DNA from: an uncultured Hormoscilla sp.
GTDB taxonomy: Bacteria > Cyanobacteriota > Cyanobacteriia > Cyanobacteriales > Desertifilaceae
Direction of reading: 5' to 3'
DNA length: 64,000 bases
Assembly (NCBI GenBank): GCA_963921275.4
Contig: OZ001293.3
Location: 6,048,001-6,112,000, forward strand
Shown: piece after piece, positions 10,823-20,245 of the stretch
Layout of the letters: every line of letters begins with the position of its first letter
Position numbering within the stretch: the first letter of the stretch is position 1
Translations under genes and position numbers: made by a program
Notes under the pieces: generated by a model
The model's database searches: none
Seen by the model: only the letters and a program-made list of their open reading frames with translations
What the model was told of the DNA's origin: nothing

Positions 10823-11099
10823 CTTCTATCCCTGTATAAACAGGAATATCAAATTCTTCTCCATCTATCCGCACTTTGCCAGCATACATGTCAAAGTCTG
10901 CTTCTCCTTGTGCTAGTCTCAGCCTGCGATCGCGCAAATATATCCAACCAAATCCCTCTAAATCCTGAGAATTAATCGCTAGCCAGCCAGAAAAGCCTGT
11001 ATCCAGCATGGCATCTACTGCTAATTCTAAGCCATCAGCATCTATCAACTCAATTTCAAAGAATAATTCATCATCACTCCCAAACTTTCCTTGAATCAT
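10731..11099 (-). CDS. Clan AA (retropepsin-like) aspartic protease
   Basis: AMLDTGFSG and CLLGRKWL motifs. Confidence 0.85.
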   Translation of the reverse strand: MIQGKFGSDDELFFEIELIDADGLELAVDAMLDTGFSGWLAINSQDLEGFGWIYLRDRRLRLAQGEADFDMYAGKVRIDGEEFDIPVYTGIEVKECLLGRKWLKTRNLVVDMNSGMLTLGGS

Positions 11100-11467
11100 A
11101 TTTTACCAGATACACCTGTTTCATTAATCACGAACATGACAATCTTAGCTGACTGGTGCTTCTGACGCGCCATTTGCGTAGCGATTTCTTCATCCTGATG
11201 AAGAAAATAATCCCCACTCTCAGGCTCGATCGCCATAAACCAATTATAGTGAGTTTCGAGCAACTCGGGCTTGAGGCGATCGAAAACCATCTGGCAGCGC
11301 TGACGACGTGCTGCTCTTTCGGCTTGCCACTGCGCTAATTGAGCTTCTGACCACTGGATTTCTGGGAATATTCTGCCCCGTCGCACTTTGCGAGTCTCAA
11401 TCTGATTCATTTTCAGTTCTCCCTTTTGTGAACTATCTGTCTTTTTATCCCATTCGGGTTCTCTCAA
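11096..11467 (-). CDS. Small hypothetical protein translationally coupled to the aspartic protease (likely start 11410)
   Basis: HYNWFMAIEPESGDYF motif; ATGA overlap. Confidence 0.7.
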   Translation of the reverse strand: MREPEWDKKTDSSQKGELKMNQIETRKVRRGRIFPEIQWSEAQLAQWQAERAARRQRCQMVFDRLKPELLETHYNWFMAIEPESGDYFLHQDEEIATQMARQKHQSAKIVMFVINETGVSGKI

Positions 11468-11489
11468 TTAACAAATGCTCAATTCTCAA

Positions 11490-12278
11490 TTAAGCCCCCA
11501 TTCCGGAATAATGCTTCAACCCTCGCCGCCATAGCCAGCGATTTAAGGCATAGAAGATCATTCCCCAGCCCAGCATCGTCATTAACCCGCGGGGCACATT
11601 CACTGGCAAACCGACCAAAATTGCGGCTGGGAAATGCAAGAAATAGGGGAACTGCGTCCAAAGCGCTATCTCCCGCACCACTGGGGGAAACACCTCCAGG
11701 GGCGCGATATAACCAGAGAGAAACAGATACAACAAAAACCACAGTTGCTCGATCGCACTTGCCCTCTCCGTCCAAAAGGCCAACAGCGCCGCAGTATATT
11801 GGATCGAAAACCGGACTATAAAAGCCAGGACAATTACCAGGACAAACAGCAGCAGATTCCCTAAAGTTGGCAGCCAAAACCCTTGGGGATAAAGGGCAAA
11901 AAATAAACCCAGCACCACCAGCAAAAACGGCGATCGCGCCACCCGTTCTGACAAGTGCTGCGCCAGGTGACGCCAAACCGGGTCAATTGGCTGTAGCAGT
12001 TGGGGAGATAACTTACCCTGCACCACTTGTTCCTCAAACTCCCAGATCACCCAGACGATCGTCAATTGCCGCACGGTAAAAACTGCGATAAAGTAACGGG
12101 CAAAATCAACTGGAGCTAACCCAAAGCGTCCCGAACCAGCCGCTTCCATCCAGATGCCCATCATAATTAACGACATGCTGCCAGATAAAGTCCAGAACAA
12201 TAGTTCCGCCCGATATTCCAGCATCATAGCATAGTAAGTCACTAGCAACACCCTGGCTTTTCTGAGCATCTGGTTCAT
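11490..12278 (-). CDS. ABC-2 family permease
   Basis: Multi-TM; MLEYRAE, GKLSPQLLQP, LSGYIAPLEVFP. Confidence 0.9.
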   Translation of the reverse strand: MNQMLRKARVLLVTYYAMMLEYRAELLFWTLSGSMSLIMMGIWMEAAGSGRFGLAPVDFARYFIAVFTVRQLTIVWVIWEFEEQVVQGKLSPQLLQPIDPVWRHLAQHLSERVARSPFLLVVLGLFFALYPQGFWLPTLGNLLLFVLVIVLAFIVRFSIQYTAALLAFWTERASAIEQLWFLLYLFLSGYIAPLEVFPPVVREIALWTQFPYFLHFPAAILVGLPVNVPRGLMTMLGWGMIFYALNRWLWRRGLKHYSGMGA

Positions 12279-13258
12279 GAGACAACTCCCGTCTGAAATA
12301 CTTGCCCCACCACCTGTTCGATCGGGGGGTCAGTCACAGTCAAATCCGCTACATCCAACTCCGTCAGCAATCGCGTCACAGTCTTAGTCAGTTGTTCCCT
12401 GCGCACCAGGAAGCGCACCATCTGACCTATCACTGCTTCAATCTCACCATAGTTAGATAACACCTCTTGAGGATACTCCTGGGCGAAATCTACCTTCACC
12501 TCCCGATAGGGAGCAAAGCGCTGCAACAGTCCTTCTAGAGAGCCATCATAGACTAGCTGACCCGTATGCATCAGCAGTACCCGCCGACAGAGGGCCGTGA
12601 TATCTGCCATGTAATGACTTGTTAAGAGTACAGTCGCCTGATAGCGCTGATTGTACTCCCGCAAGAAGTCTCGCACGCTCACCTGAGCATTAACATCCAG
12701 TCCGAGGGTAGGCTCATCCAAAAATAGTACCTGGGGACGGTGCAGCAGCGCCGCCAATAATTCCGCTTTCATCCGTTCCCCCAGAGAAAGTTTCCGCACG
12801 GGTTGGGTTAACTTTCCCTCTAGTGTTAACATTTCTGTCAGTTCCCCGACCCGTAAGCGAAACTCTCTTTCTGGGATATTGTAAACAGCCCCATTAATCC
12901 TCAGAGAATCCATTGCTGGCAAATCCCAGAGTAACTGCTGTTTTTGCCCCATCACCAAAGTAATTTTCCGCAAAAAAGCAGCCTGACGCCGAAAGGGGAC
13001 GTAACTAGCAACTCTCACCTGACCGCCGGAGGGATGAATCAGACCCGCCAGCATTTTCAGCGTCGTGGTCTTACCCGCGCCATTAGCACCCAAAAATCCT
13101 ACTACCTCACCCGCTGTGATCTGGAAGGAGACATTCTGAACAGCTTTCACATCTCGGTAGGTGCGTTGCAGGAAGTGGCGCAATGTCCCCTGCAGTCCTG
13201 GTTCTTTGACCGCTACTGGATAGACTTTGCTCAAATCCTGGACTACAATGCTCTGCAT
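12275..13258 (-). CDS. ABC transporter ATP-binding protein
   Basis: GANGAGKTT, LSLGERMK, LFLDEPTLGLD, SHYM. Confidence 0.95.
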   Translation of the reverse strand: MQSIVVQDLSKVYPVAVKEPGLQGTLRHFLQRTYRDVKAVQNVSFQITAGEVVGFLGANGAGKTTTLKMLAGLIHPSGGQVRVASYVPFRRQAAFLRKITLVMGQKQQLLWDLPAMDSLRINGAVYNIPEREFRLRVGELTEMLTLEGKLTQPVRKLSLGERMKAELLAALLHRPQVLFLDEPTLGLDVNAQVSVRDFLREYNQRYQATVLLTSHYMADITALCRRVLLMHTGQLVYDGSLEGLLQRFAPYREVKVDFAQEYPQEVLSNYGEIEAVIGQMVRFLVRREQLTKTVTRLLTELDVADLTVTDPPIEQVVGQVFQTGVVS

Positions 13259-13355
13259 CAGCTTTACCTGTTACGATCCTGATGCCATCCTATACCAATC
13301 TGGGATTGTGGTTAGGGGTTTTTGCCATGCATCCCGAACGCATCGAAACAAGGTT

Positions 13356-14195
13356 CTACTTGGAAGCTAGTTTTACCTTACCTGCTAATCCCACTGCTTG
13401 TAGCAGCTGAATTGTCATCCAAGTCAGGTCAATTTCCCACCATTTCAGACCGTGGCGAGCCGAATATTGAAAGGCATGATGGTTGTTATGCCAACCTTCA
13501 CCATAGGTGACCAGGGCCACCCACCAGCAGTTGGTAGAGCGATCGTCCGAGTCATAGGTACGATAGCCAAACATATGGGTAGCACTGTTAACGAACCAGG
13601 TGCAGTGAAACACGACAACTAGGCGGACAAAAATTCCCCAAACGACAAAAGGCCAACCTCCCAGCAAGTATAGCAATACTCCCAAAGCTATTTGGATAGG
13701 GAAAAAGTAGTTTTGCAAAAACTGATAAACCGGGTCATCTACAATATCTTGGGTGTAGCGATAGATTTCCCGATCTTCGGGGATATGATATAGCATCCAT
13801 CCCATGTGGCTCCACCAAAAGCCACGAGATGAGTCATGGGGGTCCCCCAAAGCATCCGAGTACTTATGATGCTGGCGGTGCAGACCGACCCAATCAATCA
13901 CTCCCCCTTCGCAGGTGAGGGAACCGCAGAAAATGAGAAAATACTCCAGCCATTTAGGAGTCTGGAAACTGCGGTGGGTGACCAGGCGATGGAATCCTAG
14001 TGTAATTCCCAATCCACCAGTTATCCAGTGTAAGAGGACTGCCAGACCCACTGCGGTCCAAGTAAAGTTACTGGGCAGCAATGCAAATAATGCCCCAATA
14101 TGGACTGCTATCATAAATACGATCACGGGCCATTTCCGGCGTAGTGGCGTTGCAGGCAACGTCTCGTCGATTTGTTTTGAAGATGTGATTGTCAT
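13356..14195 (-). CDS. desC: Acyl-lipid delta-9 desaturase
   Basis: His boxes HRLVTH, HRQHH, HNNHH; GEGWHNNHH. Confidence 0.92.
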   Translation of the reverse strand: MTITSSKQIDETLPATPLRRKWPVIVFMIAVHIGALFALLPSNFTWTAVGLAVLLHWITGGLGITLGFHRLVTHRSFQTPKWLEYFLIFCGSLTCEGGVIDWVGLHRQHHKYSDALGDPHDSSRGFWWSHMGWMLYHIPEDREIYRYTQDIVDDPVYQFLQNYFFPIQIALGVLLYLLGGWPFVVWGIFVRLVVVFHCTWFVNSATHMFGYRTYDSDDRSTNCWWVALVTYGEGWHNNHHAFQYSARHGLKWWEIDLTWMTIQLLQAVGLAGKVKLASK

Positions 14196-14296
14196 GAAAA
14201 TTTATTTTACCTCATATTCAATCTAACGGATAATTAACTCCGCGCACAAGATCTGGCGAAGCTCCTTCCTGCCCACAGGCGACCCATGAGGTTTAA

Positions 14297-15526
14297 ATGA
14301 ACAGCCCGAAAGCGCTACAAGATGCTCAACAAGCACTTTTGCAGATTTTTCAAGCAATTGACGCTCAGGTCAAGGATAATCTCCAACGGGTCCTAGATGC
14401 TTTTCGGCGTCATCGCCTTGGGGCTCATCATTTTGCTGGCGTCACTGGCTATGGTCATGATGATTTGGGGCGTCAGACCTTGGATAAAGTGTTTGCTGAG
14501 GTTATGGGTGCGGCCTCGGCGATCGTCCGGGTGCAGTTTGTCTCTGGAACCCACGCGATCGCCTGTGGGTTGTTTGGGGTGCTGCGGCCTGGAGAGGAAA
14601 TGCTCTCGGTTGTTGGCGATCCCTACGACAGTCTTGAAGAGGTTATCGGTTTGCGGGGACAAGGTCAAGGTTCCTTAATTGATTTTGGTATTAATTACCG
14701 TCAGATGGATCTAACTCCGACTGGTACTGTGGACTGGCAGGCCCTATCGCAAGCTGTGACAGCAAAGACTCGTCTGGTCTTCATCCAGCGTTCCTGCGGC
14801 TATTCCTGGCGTCCCAGTCTCTCGATCGCCGATATCGAACGCATCGTGCAGTTGGTTAAACAACAAAATCCTGACACGATCTGCTTTGTCGATAACTGCT
14901 ATGGCGAGTTTATCGAAGACCGGGAACCACCGGCTGTAGGAGCAGATCTGATTGCGGGTTCTACGATCAAAAATCCTGGGGGGACGATCGCCCCATCTGG
15001 GGGTTACATTGCGGGTCGAGAAGACCTAGTAGAAACAGCTGCCTGTCGCCTGACGGTACCGGGAACTGGCAGTACGGGAGGGGCGACGTTTGACCAAAAT
15101 CGGCTCATGTTTCAAGGCTTATTTTTGGCTCCGCAAATGGTGGGAGAAGCGATGAAGGGCAATCACCTGACTGGCTATCTGTTCGATGGCCTGGGCTATC
15201 GAGTCAATCCTACACCAATGGCGAAGCGCCGGGATATCATTCAGGCTATTCAACTGGGTTCAGCAGCCAAACTGATTGCCTTTTGTCGGGCCATTCAGCA
15301 GCATTCCCCTGTAGGTTCCTATCTCGACCCGGTTCCAGCGGAATTTCCTGGTTATGAAAGTCAGTTGGTGATGGCCGGGGGCACATTTATTGATGGCAGT
15401 ACCTCTGAGTTTTCTGCGGATGGCCCCTTGCGGGAACCATATATTGCCTTTTGTCAGGGGGGGACTCATTGGACTCATGTGGCGATCGCCCTAGAAGCTG
15501 CCATTGCCGCAGTTGGGCCAGCTTAG
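14297..15526 (+). CDS. Methionine gamma-lyase family / aluminium-resistance PLP protein (YnbB-like)
   Basis: GYGHDDLGR, FVSGTHAI, VDNCYGEF, GSTIKNPGG, FIDGSTSEFSADGP. Confidence 0.9.
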   Translation: MNSPKALQDAQQALLQIFQAIDAQVKDNLQRVLDAFRRHRLGAHHFAGVTGYGHDDLGRQTLDKVFAEVMGAASAIVRVQFVSGTHAIACGLFGVLRPGEEMLSVVGDPYDSLEEVIGLRGQGQGSLIDFGINYRQMDLTPTGTVDWQALSQAVTAKTRLVFIQRSCGYSWRPSLSIADIERIVQLVKQQNPDTICFVDNCYGEFIEDREPPAVGADLIAGSTIKNPGGTIAPSGGYIAGREDLVETAACRLTVPGTGSTGGATFDQNRLMFQGLFLAPQMVGEAMKGNHLTGYLFDGLGYRVNPTPMAKRRDIIQAIQLGSAAKLIAFCRAIQQHSPVGSYLDPVPAEFPGYESQLVMAGGTFIDGSTSEFSADGPLREPYIAFCQGGTHWTHVAIALEAAIAAVGPA

Positions 15527-15541
15527 TCATCCCGCAGGGGG

Positions 15542-16062
15542 TTTAACTCGTTCCTATTTTTGAGGCTCTGCCTCCTGAGATTGCCTCATTTATCCTCTGG
15601 CAATCACATGCACCAACCATGTCAACGGACATAATATCATCGGGGGCAGTCCCCTCCCACCAAGGGTTCCGAGGCGGAGCCTCGGAACCAGGCCGAAGGA
15701 GTTCGGAGTTTAACTCGTTCCATGACTCCGGCATGGAACGTATTTTTGAGGCTCTGCCTCCTGAGATTGCCTTATTTATCCTCTGGCAATCACATGCACT
15801 AAACATGTCAACGGACATAATATCATCGGGGGCAGTCCCCTCCCACCAAGGGTTCCGAGGCGGAGCCTCGGAACCAGGCCGAAGGAGTTCGGAGTTTAAC
15901 TCGTTCCATGACTCCGGCATGGAACGTATTTTTGAGGCTCTGCCTCCTGAGATTGCCTTATTTATCCTCTGGCAATCACATGCACCAACCATGTCAACGG
16001 ACATAATATCATAAGAGGCAGTTCCCTCCCACCAAGGGTTCCAAGGCTCCGCCTTGGAACCA
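15542..16062. repeat. Three tandem copies (186-bp period) of a multi-hairpin REP/MITE element
   Basis: Unit has GTTCCATG..CATGGAAC, GAGGCTCTGCCTC and GGTTCCGAGGCGGAGCCTCGGAACC hairpins; copy 1 lacks the first hairpin. Confidence 0.9.
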
Positions 16063-16164
16063 GAAAAGGGGGGCGATCGCCCCCCTTTTCTGTCGTCCTA
16101 CAACCATCAACATTTAATATTGAATGCGATCGGGAGTTTGACCCTTCTGGACATTTTTCTCCTA

Positions 16165-16635
16165 AGCGCTATTGGAAAAACTGAATACCCTACCTATCTT
16201 TCGTAGACAAATACGCGCCTGGCTGAAGGCAGGTGTGATAGATGGGAAGAAAATGTTTGAGACAGAGGAAGGAACTCCCCAGGGTGGGGTTATATCGCCT
16301 TTGTTGGCAAATGTGGCCCTACATAGACTAGAGGAGGAAGTAAAATCCTTGGCAGGAAAAAACACAGTTAAACAGAAAGAAAGGAATGCGAACTAACGTT
16401 CAGAGAAGGAGATAGATGGGAAGTAGACCACATCGAACCGCTATCATTGGGTGGTAAAGACCGGTGGGATAACATCCAGCTATGACACAAACATTGTCAC
16501 CACAGAAAGATAACCAGAGATGGAAGTCGTCGTATTATTGACTTGGATGGCATTATCGAGGAGCTGGATGAGGTGAAAATCTCACGTCCGGTTTTGAATA
16601 CTCCTCGGTCCGGTAACTCCCTGGCTTAGTTTAAA
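16165..16635 (+). mobile_element. 5'-truncated, internally deleted group II intron remnant
   Basis: RT segment GTPQGGVISPLLANVAL fused to HNH segment WEVDHIEPLSLGGKD, followed by DV/DVI (GAGCTGGATGAGGTGAAAATCTCACGTCCGGTT...TTAGTTTAA). Confidence 0.88.
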
Positions 16636-17237
16636 GCTATGACGACTGGGATATGTCAAAACCAGAGAAGGTTATGTACAAACATGGCCATTTTTGGTTC
16701 ATAATTGACTAAAATAGGTATATACTTGGCCAAGCTAAGTATATACTAAACTATGTTAAATATATACTAAACTATGTATTAATAAAAATAAGCTAAATAT
16801 TAGCAAAATTAAAATAAATATTAGCAAAATTAAGGCAAATTTTGACAAAAATAAGCCAGGTTTAAGCAAAACTAAATTGAGTGAGTTATACAAATTAAAA
16901 AGGCTGATAGCCTTGCCAGCCTTAGCTTATAGAATCTGGCGAGCCTCGTAATATTCTTAATAAAAAGTTACAGTTGATAATCCCCATCTATTTTCTCAAT
17001 TTAATAACTACGAAGCACTCCCTGCACTGTTCCGGAAAAATCGGAGATCCCGGGTAGGGAGTCCGGAGTTGCCAGATCCGTCGTTAGACTCACTATACCA
17101 TAAACGAGGCGAGGTTATCGCCTTTATTCCTGTCCTCCTAGAACGACAATTAACTATCAACATTTTGTGAATAGCTAATTGTAAATGACTAATTGCCACT
17201 CTCAATTCTTAATTCTCTCCGAACCATTCTCAACTCT

Positions 17238-17712
17238 CTATGAACCATCAGCATATGCTGCCGATGGCATGGGCACTTCCTTCACCGTTGGTAGCTGACT
17301 TAGGGTGAGACGGGTAGTGGTGGTGCCACCTGAGAGTTTATTGAGGAGTTTGGGTTTGGGGTCGTGGATTGAAGATAGGGCAGATCAGGCGATCGCCCGG
17401 TTGCCAAGGTTGTCCAGCCCGTACCACTTGTAGCATGTTTTGCCGTTCTAGCAACAGGGGCACTACCTTGCCCGCATCAATTAATGCTTGCAGATAAGTC
17501 TGTTGAAAGGCAAACCCCGGATCTTGAAGCACCGTTTCCACCAACTTCACTTGGCCGTCATCCAGATACTGGTTCCAATTCTTCAAGGGTAAATCAAAAG
17601 TCAGGGCGGGCTGAACTTTGCTGGATGTAGACTTACGTTGAGGATTTTTAGGAAACACGGCCAAGACTCGGGGCGGATCGAATTCCTCTGCGGCCCGCTG
17701 TGCTAACATCAC
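17238..17712 (-). pseudogene. C-terminal fragment of the cation/proton antiporter whose N-terminus is at 24503-25051
   Basis: LAQRAAEEFDPPRVLAVFP...GDRLI; frameshift near 17375; tail KLSGG...LPTVKEVPMP. Confidence 0.75.
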
Positions 17713-17732
17713 TACTTGTGACCCACTACCGA

Positions 17733-18499
17733 AATATGATTAGTTTTTCCAGTTTCTTTACCTACTGCTTTATGACGCTTTTTGGGAATTACTTGTTATA
17801 TGCTTCCCAAAAATCAGTGTAACAAACCACACATTGTCGATAGACACTCGGTAAAGATTTCCACAATTGTTTTGCTGATTCACGACTGCGCTTGCCCACA
17901 TAAACTCCTACAATTTCTCTTGTTTTTGTATCAAGCGCCAACCAAATCCATTGCTGGTTTTCTTTATTCCCAACAAAAGACCACATTTCATCACATTCAA
18001 TAGTCAATTTACCTTTTTGCTTGTCTGAAACCTTTATCTGACGGGGAGTTTCGGCATATTTTTTATTAACATACTTCTGCAACCATGTTTGTGAAATCTT
18101 TACTCGACGCGCAATACCTGCCAAAGATATTCTTTCAAGTAAGAGCGCATCTATATTCTTTTTCTTTTCAGACGATATCCGCTTTATTATCGGATTTTCA
18201 ATAAATTACCTGCCACATTTTTTACAGAGATATTTTGGCTTTTTATTATGAGTACTACCATTTTTTACTGTTCGCTCACAATTACAATAAGGGCAATTGG
18301 GTCGCGACCCTAAATATGATGATGTGTTCATAAGTCTATACTAGCTTTTGACTAATAACAATCTAGCATTTTCTGATGCGCTCTATATGAGAATATTTTA
18401 TCCCTGCTATAAATTTGGCTAATTTATCAAGAGAAAAAATGTTATATCATTCCTAAGAAAAGTAAGGATTAATAGAGGGATGGAATGTTCTATCACTAC
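17733..18499 (-). mobile_element. IS1-family element, defective
   Basis: Zn ribbon CPYC..KNG..KYLCKKCGR* with an in-frame stop; ECDEMWSFVG, YTDFWEAY; truncated at TNHI; GTAGTG-type end near 18499. Confidence 0.85.
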
Positions 18500-18514
18500 A
18501 TATTTATCAATACC

Positions 18515-18964
18515 AAAAAATGCTCCCCATTGGCAGATATATCACCAACGAGAGTATAGATAGGCCGGAGGCTCGCCTTGTCGCACGACCGGTAGTAACA
18601 TGTTTTCTGAGGAGGGAAGAGGATCTGGAATCCCCTCGACCTCTAATATTATCTCTGTCGCTACCGGTGATTTATAAGCGCGGACCATGCTGGGGGTTAC
18701 GGGGCTGCACACTGATCATTTGCTTAAATTTTGAAATATTTTGTTGCAAAAGTTTACGTGCTTGGGAGATATTCTGGGTTTTTTTCCGCTAATATGGTTA
18801 GAGAAAGTCCCCCAGAAGGAATAGTTGAGCGAACAGACAGGAAAAAAATACTCCCTATTGGCAGATATACCACCAACGAGAGTATAGATAGGCCGGAGGC
18901 TCGCCTTGTCGCACGACCGGTAGTAACATGTTTTCTGAGGAGGGAAGAGGATCTGGAATACCCC
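18515..18964. repeat. Two ~120-bp direct repeats (18515-18634 and 18843-18964)
   Basis: Near-identical sequences with about 4 differences. Confidence 0.9.
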
Positions 18965-19098
18965 CCCATCCCTAATTATCCAACAGCTGCCATCGGCCGT
19001 TTCCTTCCGGTCACGGGCGATGCTAGGTCGAAAAGGCGGCAGTACGCCAGATGTTTGCTTTAACTTGAGAAAGATTTCTTTACAATGGAGATAAATTG

Positions 19099-20102
19099 AT
19101 GAAAACTATTCCAGCCGACTATATCTTCTCCGAACAAGAGAATGCGAGAATCACGCAAAGACTCCTATCAGTCAAGACCAATCCTTATAAGGACTATGCT
19201 AGATCCAGAAGGATATTTGGGAAGTAATTGCTGAGGGTAACGTAATTCCACAGGATTTCACAAACTTTTGCCATGCACGTTACTACGCAAATCAGTTTGA
19301 AGAGCCGTATGTCTACCTACGTAACTGTCCGGTTGATCCGGATTTACCTGAGCTAGATTTAGATAACCCAGTAGTGGATAAACGAAACCGTAAATTGACT
19401 TATGTTGCTGAGGGATTTCTTCTGATTTATGCAAGGTTAGCAGGTCAGGAGCCAATTGGTTACATAAACGTCAACGATGGTGATATATTCCAAGACATTC
19501 ACCCAATGAAATCGCTGATGGATACGCAGTCTCAGAAAGCCTCCAAATCGATTTACTTTCATAAAGATCTCGCTAATCACTTTGTGCGACCTGATTGGGT
19601 CAATATCCTGGGCCTTCGGGGCTCAACTGAAAACGAAATCTATACTTCTTTCGTCCGGAACAAAGACCTCATCGAGTATCTCGATCCGCAGGTAGTTAAG
19701 CAGCTCAGGAAACCGGACTTTTACACGCCTTTTGACGATCTAACCCTTGCATCTTCAAATAAAGAACAAGGGCGCGCACCGGAGCACCCAGTGCTTGGTG
19801 GTGCGGAAAGCTACGACATCCGCTTTTTTGAAAACCGTACCATTGGTATCAATAAAAAAGCTCAGGAAGCTATCGCTGAAGTAGTGCGTGCTCTACACAT
19901 ATTGAAAAAACCTCTGTTAATTTTGAAAGGTGACTTCATTGGCTCAGCTAACAACGAGTGCATTCATAACAAGGATGTGGTACATATAGGTAACGAAAAA
20001 GCTGTTTATAATCGCTGGCTTATGAAGACTGTAAATGTTAAATCACTTGATGCTCACAAGACTCATATGCGCAATGGTGAAATTAGAATCGTTGATGGTT
20101 AG
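19099..20102 (+). pseudogene. Fe(II)/2-oxoglutarate dioxygenase (clavaminate synthase/TauD-like), frameshift near 19203
   Basis: GGAG RBS + ATG 19099 (MKTIPADY...NPYKDYAR) shifts into QKDIWEV...YLRNCPVD; HKD...H triad (FHKDL, CIHNK) and RWL. Confidence 0.75.
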
Positions 20103-20245
20103 TGCTACAGCAAGCAGTCATGAATGTGAGGTCTAAATCCCTGTGAACCCATACTATTTGAAAATCATTTCACAATCAGAGCTGTTTGCTGTACGAACCA
20201 GTATGTTTTCGGTTTGGTAGAATTTGAGATGAAATCCTGCGAAAT

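Noticed and set aside
15542..16062. 186-bp repeats as CRISPR or as 131/153-aa proteins
   Set aside because: Units are identical throughout and hairpin-rich; the ORFs arise from the 3n period
16680..16900. AT-rich short direct repeats as replication-origin iterons
   Set aside because: Only two copies of each motif and no rep or dnaA context
18515..18964. TR/VR pair of a diversity-generating retroelement
   Set aside because: Differences are few and not adenine-specific; the only RT is a group II intron IEP with X and HNH domains
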